From IMG/VR virus record IMGVR_UViG_3300042691_031247: 64,000 nt of DNA; one strand, 5' to 3'. This DNA is from a virus. Its lineage: Duplodnaviria; Caudoviricetes. The position numbers were made by a program, and so were the translations under genes. Below the pieces are notes generated by a model that did no database searches, was not told the origin of the DNA, and was given only the letters and a program-made list of their open reading frames with translations. Every line of letters starts with the position of its first letter. The first letter of the stretch is position 1. Positions 47,625-57,425 of this stretch are shown here, one piece after another.

Positions 47625-49550
47625 TTGTGGTTCATGGATAAACCTGATCAAACAATTACTGAAGCGATTGACATGCCGTCCGCCGGCGTGCAATCACTTC
47701 TACAAGAATTAATCTCAATTGATGTGACGGATGTACATTCTGTTCACGCGCGAGCTGGTGTGTTGCAACAGCTCGCCGGCAGACATGCGTTTCCGTCGCT
47801 CGAACCTATTTTGCCGTTGGTTCTGAATCTTAATGGACGCCCGTACAGCATTCAGAATCATATGCCTTTTTCCCCACTTTTCCGGCTACTGACACCGAAA
47901 AATCAAGTGTGGTGCACGGGCCGTCAGGTATCAAAATCGACCAGCCTAGCAGCGCACGGAGTTGTAGTTGCCAACTCTCTCCCGTTTTTCAAAACGTTAT
48001 TCATCACACCGTTGTACGAACAGATACGCCGGTTTTCGAATAACTATGTGCGTCCGTTTATCGATCAGTCTCCTGTGAAGTCGCAATGGAGCGGCACGAC
48101 GACCGAGAATTCAGTTCTGCAAAGATCGTTTAAGAACAACTCAATGATGTTGTTCAGCTTTGCGCTTTTAGATTCGGATCGTATACGTGGTGTTTCTGCA
48201 GACCGCGTGTGTATCGACGAAGTTCAGGACATGGATCCTGATCACGTGCCGATCATTCAAGAAACGATGTCTTACTCCAAATGGGGAACTAGTTATTACA
48301 CAGGAACTCCGAAGACGCTAGATAACTTAATTTACGGATTGTATAAACGATCATCACAGGCCGAATGGTTTATACCGTGTCATTCCTGCAAGCACTGGAG
48401 CATCCCTTCGCTTGAGTATGACTTGGACAAAATGATCGGCCCGTACAGCCCGCATATCAGCGAGAATTATCCGGGCACCGTCTGCGCTAAATGTCAGAAA
48501 CCGATCAGCCCAAGGCATGGTCGGTGGGTGCATAGATATCCCGAACGCCGCTGGCAATTTGCCGGGTACCACGTACCACAGATGATACTGCCGCTTCATT
48601 TCTCCGACCCTGAAAAGTGGTCAACTCTATTGTTGAAGAGAGAAGGGTTTGGGAACATGACCCAAGCCCAGTTCTACAACGAAGTAATGGGAGAAAGCGT
48701 TGATACCGGTCAGAAGCTCATCAGCGAAACTGATTTGAAGGCTGCGTGCGTGCTAGACTGGGAAAACAAGAAAGAACCAGACCCTAAGTGCTTTGCAAAT
48801 CTCTCGAACTACAAACATCGCATCCTTGCGGTCGACTGGGGCGGCGGCGGAGAAGCAGGTATTAGTTTCACCGTGCTTGCTGTGCTGGGGTTCCGCCCGG
48901 ATGGGACCATCGACACGCTTTGGGCCAAGCGCCTGCTTATTGGCGGCGATCATTTGGCCGAAGCTGTTGAATGTATGCGCTGGTCTAACTTGTTTAATTG
49001 CGATTTTGTCGCTCACGATTACACGGGCGCCGGCACGGTCCGCGAAACGGTCATGGTGCAGGCAGGGTTTAATCTAGAGCGCGTCTTGGCGATGCGGCTT
49101 GTTCGTTCCGCATCGCAAGATTTGATGGTGTTCAAACCACCGACAGAGATCAATCATCGAGCACACTATAGCCTCGACAAAACGCGGTCGTTGCTGTACA
49201 CGTGTCAGGCGATCAAGCTGAAGCAAGTCCGTTTCTTCCAGTACGACTGGTCGTCACAGGATTCGCCGGGCTTGGTGTCGGACTTTCTTGCGTTGGTAGA
49301 AAGTAAAGCCGAGTCTAGACTAGGCGGCGATATTTATACCATTACAAGGAACACGTTGTTGACTGACGACTTCGCGCAAGCTGTTAACCTAGGCTGCGCC
49401 GCTCTTTGGCACGTGAATAACGCGTGGCCTAATTTCGCGGAGATCGCTGGCGTAGCGCGGTTAAGCGAGCGTGTTGTCAAAGCCGAGACGCCGATGGATG
49501 ACGACTGGGCGGATGACTCCATCGGGCGAAGCTACTTTGGCGGTTACTAG
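47625..49550 (+). CDS. terL: terminase large subunit, lambda GpA-like
   Basis: GRQVSKST Walker A, RGVSAD..CIDEVQD Walker B, GTP coupling motif, CxxC...CxxC, NEVMGE, AVDWG and DDFAQA nuclease acids; start may be 47673. Confidence 0.88.
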   Translation: MWFMDKPDQTITEAIDMPSAGVQSLLQELISIDVTDVHSVHARAGVLQQLAGRHAFPSLEPILPLVLNLNGRPYSIQNHMPFSPLFRLLTPKNQVWCTGRQVSKSTSLAAHGVVVANSLPFFKTLFITPLYEQIRRFSNNYVRPFIDQSPVKSQWSGTTTENSVLQRSFKNNSMMLFSFALLDSDRIRGVSADRVCIDEVQDMDPDHVPIIQETMSYSKWGTSYYTGTPKTLDNLIYGLYKRSSQAEWFIPCHSCKHWSIPSLEYDLDKMIGPYSPHISENYPGTVCAKCQKPISPRHGRWVHRYPERRWQFAGYHVPQMILPLHFSDPEKWSTLLLKREGFGNMTQAQFYNEVMGESVDTGQKLISETDLKAACVLDWENKKEPDPKCFANLSNYKHRILAVDWGGGGEAGISFTVLAVLGFRPDGTIDTLWAKRLLIGGDHLAEAVECMRWSNLFNCDFVAHDYTGAGTVRETVMVQAGFNLERVLAMRLVRSASQDLMVFKPPTEINHRAHYSLDKTRSLLYTCQAIKLKQVRFFQYDWSSQDSPGLVSDFLALVESKAESRLGGDIYTITRNTLLTDDFAQAVNLGCAALWHVNNAWPNFAEIAGVARLSERVVKAETPMDDDWADDSIGRSYFGGY

Positions 49551-51168
49551 AAAAGCCGCCAGCAATAGTCTTCGATAAATTTTTGCATCGGGCGGTGATC
49601 GCGAATCTTAGAGTTTTCGATAACGTCGATTACTTCGCGAGCCGCGTCAGCTAACGCCGCAGCAGCCTCCGTGCAATCCATAGACGAATCGTACAACTCC
49701 CAACCGGCGCCTGATCGCGGGATCGACGGCTCTTTGCCGTCAAACGCGTCAGCAATCAACCGCTGAAATACGCCGTCTGGTTCCGTGTCGAGCGCGCCAA
49801 ACTTGCGATACTTCGTTTGCATGTGCTCAAACCTACGAACCGCTTCGCGAAGTTTCTCCACCGTCAGCGTCATTGGAGTCGTTAATAGAGTTGACAAGCT
49901 CCATTCCCTTTTCGGTTATTGAGAAATTGAAATCGTTTTTATCGCAGTCGTATTCTGCGTCTAGAAAACCGCGCTGCACGCCAACACGCATAATGTTCGA
50001 TATGACGCGCGCACCGAGCGCACGAAACAGTCGAAGCATTTTTGTCTTGTACTCTTCGAACGAGTTGGCGCCGATGCCATACGCGCCGTCAGCCTGCACG
50101 TCAGACAGTTCACGAACAATTTGTTCGACCTCCCAGACCTCCAAAAACTGTCGCTGATATTCGAGCGAGCATTCACTTTCAGTCGGTTCTTCGTCCTGCA
50201 GCTTGGCGATAAAACCGGCGAACATCACTAGTACGTGATCGCGGAGATCTTCAATCGACCCGCAAATACGCCGAGCGGGCTGTTCTTCGTTTTCGTCTTC
50301 GTAGTCTTCGAACATAACTACCTCAAGCCGTCTCTGCGGCAAGACGAGCCGTGGCGAGCGCGGCGTCGTAATTGCCACGCGCAATCATACGCGCGTGAGC
50401 GGCGTCACGGCACTGCCCCAGATAATCGGAGTAGTCGCTGTCGGTGTTGACGAGCGCTTCCGCCGAACTGAAGCTGTGCGGCTTGTTGGTCAGCGGGTTG
50501 TCGCCGCTTTTCATGATCCGCTCGACCGCAGCCATCTTGACAGAGATGCGGTTGTCTTCCAGCTCTGCCTCGCTGCGCACAGCGTCGGCAAGAACGGCGG
50601 CGGCGTGGGTAATGTTATCAGCAAAATTCTTGGCCATGATCACTCCTCAATTTTTTGCCAACCATCTATGGCGCGGCGAACAGTCAATATGTCGTCAAGC
50701 GCCCGGTCTAGCATGTGTACAGCCGATTCGAGATCGTCAGCGTCGGCTAATTCAAAGATAATAAACGCAAACAAGGTATCGCCGCATTCTCGAATACTCT
50801 GTTTGCCCACACGATTGATGTAATCGTGAAATGTTTCGTCGTTATTTGGCGGATCGACTGCGAGTAGGTCTGATCCCGGATATGAATCGTAAATTGCTTT
50901 CGGAACCAGTTGGCTATTCGTCATTTCTCCAGTTTTGTTTTTCTTGGCGCGTTGGCTGCCGTTTGGGATATTTCTCGGGATGACAAACCTGACAACGTGC
51001 GCGCGTGCAACCACAACTGCGCAACGTTTTACGATACCGCCCGGCTTCGCTCGCGGTTTGCGCCGCGTTTTCAACCCAACTACCAAACTCCAGCCACCCG
51101 GCATTAATTTGTCGGTGCTGCTTTACTCGGCGTTCGATGATGTGCTTTTCGCTGTGGTAACGTTTCAT
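49547..51168 (-). other. five small hypothetical genes (49547-49897, 49833-50315, 50323-50643, 50640-50924, 50914-51168)
   Basis: Head-to-tail minus ORFs; last has a C.C....C..C motif. Confidence 0.6.
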
Positions 51169-51170
51169 TG

Positions 51171-51623
51171 TTATCTGCCGTCTGTTTCACAGTAGATGAC
51201 GATTTTGCAGCCGCACTGCTCTGCTAGTTTGACAACGTCGGGCGCGTACACCGCCACGATTTGGTCGCGTTTGACCGCGCCAGCGGTGATCAGGGACTGC
51301 AACCCAAGTTTAGCTATGCCGCGACGTCTATACGCAGGGTCGACGAAACACTCGACGGTTTGTGCGGTAACAGGCCGGCCCTTGAATTTTTCCGGCCACG
51401 GGCGCGAACCGACCCAGCCGGCTAGCGTCTCGTCTACCCACACCAGCGCTATGGCCATTTCTGGATACGGCTGCTCGTGGTTGACGTGCAGATAACGCTT
51501 GCTGAGTTCTTTTTGAATTGAACTGTCGCTGCCGGAATCAGGCCACGACAACCGCGTCAGGATGGCCGTCACATCGACCAGTCCGAGCTGGTTGATGTCT
51601 TTGATTTTGATATTAATATTCAT
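51171..51623 (-). CDS. GNAT-family acetyltransferase
   Basis: Motif A VECFVDPAYRRRGIAK.GL. Confidence 0.8.
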   Translation of the reverse strand: MNINIKIKDINQLGLVDVTAILTRLSWPDSGSDSSIQKELSKRYLHVNHEQPYPEMAIALVWVDETLAGWVGSRPWPEKFKGRPVTAQTVECFVDPAYRRRGIAKLGLQSLITAGAVKRDQIVAVYAPDVVKLAEQCGCKIVIYCETDGR

Positions 51624-51658
51624 AGCTGGTCCTCCGTGACCAACTATGAAGTATACAA

Positions 51659-51731
51659 AGCCGGCGGTCGGATTCGAACCGACGACAGGCAGTTTACAAA
51701 ACTGCTACTCTACCAACTGAGTTACGCCGGC
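51659..51731 (-). tRNA. tRNA-Thr(TGT)
   Basis: Cloverleaf; GCAGT-TTTGTAA-ACTGC anticodon arm; GGTTCGAATCC; CCA not encoded. Confidence 0.95.
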
Positions 51732-51736
51732 AAGCG

Positions 51737-52204
51737 TTAAACAGGTTCAGTGATTAAACCAGTTGGCCAGTAGTATGGCATGTCGATCGGCTCCTGCCAA
51801 CCAAACCGTGAGTAGTAGCGGAAATCTTTGCGGAGAAGATTGCTGCGATGACTGGCGTGAAATTGCTCGTCGCCAACCCACGGAGGATACACGTTGCGCT
51901 CAATGGTGTTGCGCAACGTGGTATAGCTGCCCATGAACTGCGGGCAGAGCGTGTCATTAAACCCGCGGCGTATCCACTCGCGGCACACGACTATGGCGTA
52001 TACAGTTAGCGCTGTTTCATATCCCGCCCACATACGGACGGCAGGGTGATTGCGCCAGCTACTTGTTCCGGGCTCGTGTTGGCCAACCGGAACGCCAAGG
52101 CAGAGTAAGATCTGCTTACATTCAACCCTTTGTTTGCCTAACCTTTTGTTATCAAGGCAGGCAGCCGAGTGTTTGAATCTCGGCAGGGGCAAGAATGTTT
52201 GCAT
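51737..52204 (-). CDS. pyrimidine-dimer DNA glycosylase superfamily protein (MSMEG_6728-like)
   Basis: MQTFLP...SA..LD.KRLGKQRVE..QIL...HPAVRMWAGY...HASHRSNLLRKD..YY. Confidence 0.85.
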   Translation of the reverse strand: MQTFLPLPRFKHSAACLDNKRLGKQRVECKQILLCLGVPVGQHEPGTSSWRNHPAVRMWAGYETALTVYAIVVCREWIRRGFNDTLCPQFMGSYTTLRNTIERNVYPPWVGDEQFHASHRSNLLRKDFRYYSRFGWQEPIDMPYYWPTGLITEPV

Positions 52205-52208
52205 TTAA

Positions 52209-52493
52209 TCAGTCGTCAAACTCGTCGTCAAAGTCTTCTTCGTATGCGGGGTCTTCATCCTCTTCGTCCTTGTATTCTTCGTCCCAGTCTTCATCTTCTT
52301 CGTCGACCCACTCCTCTTCGTCATCGTCTTCGTCGTCGTCATCGTCGTCGGTAAATACGTAGTTCGGCTTGGGTAACTGAATGTCACTGTCATCGTCTTC
52401 GTCGTCTTCGTCGTCATCGACAAACTGCCACTCCTCTTCGATGAAATCATCGTCGAGGCCGTCGTCATGACGGGCTGTGTTTTCGTTCGGCAT
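52209..52493 (-). CDS. hyper-acidic small protein
   Basis: 94 aa from MPNENT, more than half D/E, interspersed with W/F/Y. Confidence 0.7.
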   Translation of the reverse strand: MPNENTARHDDGLDDDFIEEEWQFVDDDEDDEDDDSDIQLPKPNYVFTDDDDDDEDDDEEEWVDEEDEDWDEEYKDEEDEDPAYEEDFDDEFDD

Positions 52494-52528
52494 GTCGCGA
52501 AACAACGGAGATTCAAAGTAGCGCATAG

Positions 52529-55162
52529 TTATCCAGTTTCCCGGGCAAGGTCCGCAGCAGGTAACAAATACTGATCGCACCAGTTGCTATCGACAAGAAT
52601 GCCCGGTAGGTTGCGCACAGCTTCCTCTCCACCGAAAACTCCGCGACGCGTCAATAGTTTAACAAGCCAAAGCCAGTTTGGGGGTAGTGCTTTTTTATCT
52701 GCAAAATAGCGGTTGACCGCCCGCTGGTTTAACCACCAGTGCGCCTTCTTACGCACGATGTAATTATTTGGCTGCCCGACTTTTCTGGGCCGGGGTAAAA
52801 CTGCCAGCGCGCCTGTCTGTACGGCTGTCGTTAATTCCGTAAAAAACGCTATATCGGCTTCGTTTTGCGTAATTAAATGCGCACGGGCATAGTCCAGTTG
52901 AAAAGCCGCGCCGTATGTTTCTTGCAGCCACGTGTGCATGTCCGCCAGAACGGCCGCCGTCGTGGACTGGTCGGTCAGGCTGATCCGCATCCGCTGACGC
53001 AGCGCGCGCTGGATATACGCCGGTAAGATATATGTCAGCGGCGTAAAATCTGTGTTTGTGTTGGCGCTGCCGCTAATTACCTGCCAGTCGTACATGGGCG
53101 CCACGTTCGCTGCCGTGGCGGCTAAGCGCATGAGTATGGGGCGGTTGTGGCACCGCGGGATCGTCAGGCTTAAGCTCGACGCATCAAACACGCTGGCGAC
53201 TGTTGTTGGCCACGCCAATGAGTCGGTTCGTGCAGACACCGCCGCGCCGGCATTGCCGCGGTTCAAGATATCAATACGCAGATGCTGGCACCCGAGCGTC
53301 GCCGCAATTTTTTGTACTATTTCAAAGTCGTCGCCGGCAAACCCTGTAGCCGTCGGATCTCGCCGAAAGACAGGGGCAATAAGATCGGCAATGACGGCCG
53401 CGACAACTGTCCACGTGAACGCGTTCTCCGGGCTTGGCGTCAGGAACTGCCGTATAGCTGGCGGCGCGACGGCGACCGGTTCAGGAAATATGGCGTGTTT
53501 ATTTTTTTCGCTCGGCTGGTTCGGCGCGGATGGTGTACCGTCAGCAGCCAGTTCGTAGTTTGCAAAGCGAAACACGCTGGCTCGATCATCCCAACCCAGC
53601 CTGTTTGATATGCACACCAGTTCTGGTTTGCTGAGGCTGATCGCAATCAGATGGCTGCGCCCGTTCCACCGGCTGTCGTAGAGCATCACTTTTTTGTGTG
53701 CTGCGACAAGGCCCGCGGCGTAAGCCAGTAGACCGACACGTTCTATTTTGAACGCGCTGTCTGCAAAACTGATTTCTTCGCCGCGGAGATGGATGGTGCC
53801 TATGTATGTTTTTTCGCCGTCATCGGCTTGGGTGATTTTATTGATAACAATGTTTGCGTCACATATAGGCTGATTTGTCACGCTCCACCAACCGTCGGAT
53901 CGCGGCACGACGGTGCGCTGCCACGGAAGGACTATGGCCGGGGTGATGTTTTTCGACGTTTTAACATGCGTCAGTACGCGGTCTGAAAAGCCGGGAGAAA
54001 AGTTCTTGTCAATCTTAGTCAGGAACGGCACCAGCTTGTCTGGCGGAATAGTGAGCCGCGTCGCAAACGAGTGCGCCGCGATTTCGTTCATTTGCTCCAT
54101 CGCGTTACCCAAGCGGCTCTGCCACGTCTCCGCGTTCTTTCGGATTGAGACGAGCCGGCTCATTGCGTCTGTCGCGAACCGGTTTTTCAGTCGTTGGTTC
54201 TGCGCAACGATCGCCACGTAGCCGCGTGCGTTAGCGGCGCGGCTGATTAGCTCTGGCGAGACGACGTGACTTTGAAAGATCCGCGGCACGGGTGTAAACG
54301 CACACCAGCTCCCGCCCCAGCTATTTGCTTCGACGCCGGTGTAACTCGCCATCACAGGCAATAACGACAACCCGTGGCGCAGCATTTCACATTGCATGCT
54401 TAGCGCCCACATCGGATCATCAACTACAAACTGCGTGCTTTTGAGCGTTTCTGTGGCGGGCAAAAGCGCGGCACGCAGCAAAAAGTAACCGGCTTCCGGG
54501 CGGTCGCGCCGGTACTGGTTCAAAGCGATAAAGTTTTGCTTGGCCGTAAACTGCTCATCGTACTGCACGACCAGAAAGCCTGTGATGCGCCCGGGGAGGT
54601 CGTAGTACGGGAACACAAGGCTCGCGCCGTTTTCGCGCACCGGGGTGATCGGCGGGCGGCGCACGAATTTCTGCAGCGCGTCTATTTGTTCCTTGTACGC
54701 GACACCGACTAACCCAGCGGCGTTAATCTCTGGATATACACCAAGCTCTCGGAGGCGGCAGGCGATGACGTCGTCGTGGTGCCCCCAAATCTGCGCCTCA
54801 GCGGCAAACCAGAACTGCTCGAATTTTTCGAAGCGTTCGATCGTGCGGGCGTATTCGGCAACGGCATTATCTTTTTCGGCCGGGTTTATGGCGTTTAATT
54901 CGATAAAACGGGCAATCGCCACGTCCGGGCTTGTATTCCATAACGCCGCGCTAAACGTTATGATATCTCCATGGGCAGAGCACGAGTTACAGTGCAGCCA
55001 AATACCGTTAGTGCTTGCGTCGTCGAACAGGTGTAGCGTATTTTTTTGACATAGCGGACAACTAACGACGGCCGGGAAAACCAACTGGTCCGGTGCAATG
55101 CCCAACGCCGACAGGGCAATCGCGTGGTGTTGGCGGCCAATTAAACAGGTAGGAAATCCCAT
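52529..55162 (-). CDS. degenerate primase-helicase-like protein (CHC2-type Zn finger, TOPRIM-like, DUF927-like)
   Basis: CPLC...CNSC..HGDII; LVFPYYDLPG.I.GF; FVVDD at the TOPRIM EG position; no intact DxD or Walker A. Confidence 0.5.
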   Translation of the reverse strand: MGFPTCLIGRQHHAIALSALGIAPDQLVFPAVVSCPLCQKNTLHLFDDASTNGIWLHCNSCSAHGDIITFSAALWNTSPDVAIARFIELNAINPAEKDNAVAEYARTIERFEKFEQFWFAAEAQIWGHHDDVIACRLRELGVYPEINAAGLVGVAYKEQIDALQKFVRRPPITPVRENGASLVFPYYDLPGRITGFLVVQYDEQFTAKQNFIALNQYRRDRPEAGYFLLRAALLPATETLKSTQFVVDDPMWALSMQCEMLRHGLSLLPVMASYTGVEANSWGGSWCAFTPVPRIFQSHVVSPELISRAANARGYVAIVAQNQRLKNRFATDAMSRLVSIRKNAETWQSRLGNAMEQMNEIAAHSFATRLTIPPDKLVPFLTKIDKNFSPGFSDRVLTHVKTSKNITPAIVLPWQRTVVPRSDGWWSVTNQPICDANIVINKITQADDGEKTYIGTIHLRGEEISFADSAFKIERVGLLAYAAGLVAAHKKVMLYDSRWNGRSHLIAISLSKPELVCISNRLGWDDRASVFRFANYELAADGTPSAPNQPSEKNKHAIFPEPVAVAPPAIRQFLTPSPENAFTWTVVAAVIADLIAPVFRRDPTATGFAGDDFEIVQKIAATLGCQHLRIDILNRGNAGAAVSARTDSLAWPTTVASVFDASSLSLTIPRCHNRPILMRLAATAANVAPMYDWQVISGSANTNTDFTPLTYILPAYIQRALRQRMRISLTDQSTTAAVLADMHTWLQETYGAAFQLDYARAHLITQNEADIAFFTELTTAVQTGALAVLPRPRKVGQPNNYIVRKKAHWWLNQRAVNRYFADKKALPPNWLWLVKLLTRRGVFGGEEAVRNLPGILVDSNWCDQYLLPAADLARETG

Positions 55163-56339
55163 GACAAATATCCCGCTCGATCAGGCGCATGACGTCAGTG
55201 GCCGCGAGACCCACAGGCTGACTACCCTGTACCCGCAACCTGACTTTGTAAAAAATGCCGCGCACGAAAAACTAAGCGGTGCCGCGGATTTACCACGCCA
55301 TTTATACGCTGATCAGCGCCATAAACTTTATCCGTGCCATACTGCCCCTGCAACATGGATGTCGGCGCTTTTCTTTGCTGACAAGCAAGCGCAGTTCGAC
55401 GCCAAGGAGGCCGAGGCTATTCAATCTAGGATACACCAAGCCGCCGAGTATTTTGGTATTCGCGGGGCTGTGGCGGAACTAGAAGAGAAGATTGCGGCCA
55501 GCTCGGCGCAGGATATTAACAGCCTGCCGGACTCGGAGTTCGCCATCGTGTGGGTCAGCGACGTAGGCGGTAAAGAGCGCCACTGGCCGCTGCGGAACGC
55601 CGAAGAAGTCAAGTTCGCTGCGGCGCATTTCAAGACATTCCGCGACAACTTTGTGTTCGACGACCGGCACGTGATCGCCACCAAGATCCTTGAAAAGGCC
55701 GCGCAATACGGCGCCGACGTTTCGGGCGCCGAGGGCTCGCTAGAGCTGGCGGCGGGTCTGGGTGCGTGCGCCGCCAAGGTCGCGAGCGACATGATCAAAG
55801 ACCGCGTAGGGCTCACCCGCCGGCAGCATTCGCAGCTGGCAGGCGAGTTGTCCAAGTTAGCCGAGGTTATCGACCAGAACCCTGAAAGGGCTCGTGCGGT
55901 CGAAATGCGGTTAAAGTTGGCAAGCGCGGTCGATAATTTCGATAGAAGCACCAACCTCTATCGCATGTACGACGCCGGCGGCCTACCGCGGCCGGAAGAA
56001 GTCCTGTTCGCCATTACTGAAAAGGTGGCGCGCGACTTTTTAGATAGCAATGTCGAAACCACCACTGGCAACGTCTACGCCCTCACTGATTTAGAGAAAC
56101 TAGCGGTTGAAGACGTACGCGAGTGGCTTGGCGACGACTTCGCAGACGCGGTAAGTGCCGGCGGCGTATACATGGATCGCGACAAGCTGGCGGCGATTGT
56201 GCCCACGCTTGACCGCGGCATGGCTACTATGCTGGACCGGCTCATGCAGGACAAGTCTGCTGCGCCGGTTGTGAAGTCAGCGTCAGCGGACAATCTGCTT
56301 TCGCTCGACCGGCTTCGCGAGCTTGCGCAGCACGGTTAA
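55161..56339 (+). CDS. hypothetical, possibly head/virion-associated protein
   Basis: Start MTNIPLD with AGGTAGGA upstream; two YPC/WPL.N..EV..AA..F repeat-like segments. Confidence 0.65.
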   Translation: MTNIPLDQAHDVSGRETHRLTTLYPQPDFVKNAAHEKLSGAADLPRHLYADQRHKLYPCHTAPATWMSALFFADKQAQFDAKEAEAIQSRIHQAAEYFGIRGAVAELEEKIAASSAQDINSLPDSEFAIVWVSDVGGKERHWPLRNAEEVKFAAAHFKTFRDNFVFDDRHVIATKILEKAAQYGADVSGAEGSLELAAGLGACAAKVASDMIKDRVGLTRRQHSQLAGELSKLAEVIDQNPERARAVEMRLKLASAVDNFDRSTNLYRMYDAGGLPRPEEVLFAITEKVARDFLDSNVETTTGNVYALTDLEKLAVEDVREWLGDDFADAVSAGGVYMDRDKLAAIVPTLDRGMATMLDRLMQDKSAAPVVKSASADNLLSLDRLRELAQHG

Positions 56340-57410
56340 AGGGTTTTCGCCGCGTAGCGCAACACCGTAATTCGCTAATTGTTCTCGAACTTCGAAGAGC
56401 GTGGCGGCCCCGAAATTTTTATACTCTAGCAGATCAGCTGCGCGCATATTCGTTAGTTCGGCGACCGTTAGTATTCCCATCTTTGTCGTCACCTTCCTTG
56501 CGCGAACAGAGAGATTTAGTTCTGTGATCGATATGTCTGTGCTAAGATGCAGCCCGATTAGCGCAAGTTTTGTAACAATTTCGTCCACTGCAGAGTGGCT
56601 GCACTTTACGATATCGTACAAGTCACGGCGATCACGCGACACAAGCTCGCGCAGCGTAGAAATACCGGCAGCGTCAAGGAGTTGACTTGTTCGCTGTGAA
56701 AACCCTAGACGCGAAACTAGCTCGCCTAAAAGCTGGTCGTCTTCCATACCGAGCGCGAGCCCATGCGCGTTTAACAACTCTTCAATCTCAGCCAAACTTG
56801 TTTCCCCAAACCCTTTGGACGCGACCAGTTCTTCTTTCGTCATGCGGGACAAGTCGGCGAGAGTTTCGACGCCCATTTTTTTCAGCTCGTTACGACAGCG
56901 CACGGAAATTTCGACGTCGGCTATCGGGACGTGCGCGGCGGTCAGCAGCGCGTTCACCTGTGGCGGCGTTTTTGGTGCGCACAATACATACAAGATTTCA
57001 TCTAACACCGTTTCGCCGGAGTTTCGCGCAGTCAGCAAATCTTTGCGGCTGAGGCGTCCGAGGTCGCCGAGCGTAGCGATATTGTTATTTTCAAGAACGC
57101 TTCGCGTGCGTAAAGAAAATCGCGCTACGTCTAACCGTATAGCGTCTAGCAGCGTTGTCTCCATTTCTGGCGTTGTAATCGGTTTTACACGAATGTACTC
57201 GGGTATCGTTGTGTAAAGCGAGAGTACCGACCACAGACAATCAAGCTGCGTTTTTAGCGTTACGGCTGTTTGTGCGTGCGTCGGGTCTTCCGCGCTTGCG
57301 TAAACACCTTTTTTGACCGCAATTATCGCGAGTTCTGTTTTTGTTCGTATCAATCCGCACAGCCTATCGACGACCCAATCGAGCGTTTCGTTTACGGTTG
57401 TTTTTGTCAT
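56283..57410 (-). CDS. protein with four tandem RNA polymerase alpha-CTD domains
   Basis: Four copies of (L/I)..L.(L/F)S.R....L....I.T..DL......L....FG..(S/T)L.E(I/V); last copy LNLSVRARK...KNFG..TL.EVREQL. Confidence 0.88.
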   Translation of the reverse strand: MTKTTVNETLDWVVDRLCGLIRTKTELAIIAVKKGVYASAEDPTHAQTAVTLKTQLDCLWSVLSLYTTIPEYIRVKPITTPEMETTLLDAIRLDVARFSLRTRSVLENNNIATLGDLGRLSRKDLLTARNSGETVLDEILYVLCAPKTPPQVNALLTAAHVPIADVEISVRCRNELKKMGVETLADLSRMTKEELVASKGFGETSLAEIEELLNAHGLALGMEDDQLLGELVSRLGFSQRTSQLLDAAGISTLRELVSRDRRDLYDIVKCSHSAVDEIVTKLALIGLHLSTDISITELNLSVRARKVTTKMGILTVAELTNMRAADLLEYKNFGAATLFEVREQLANYGVALRGENPLTVLRKLAKPVERKQIVR

Positions 57411-57425
57411 TGCGCTACCGTATTG

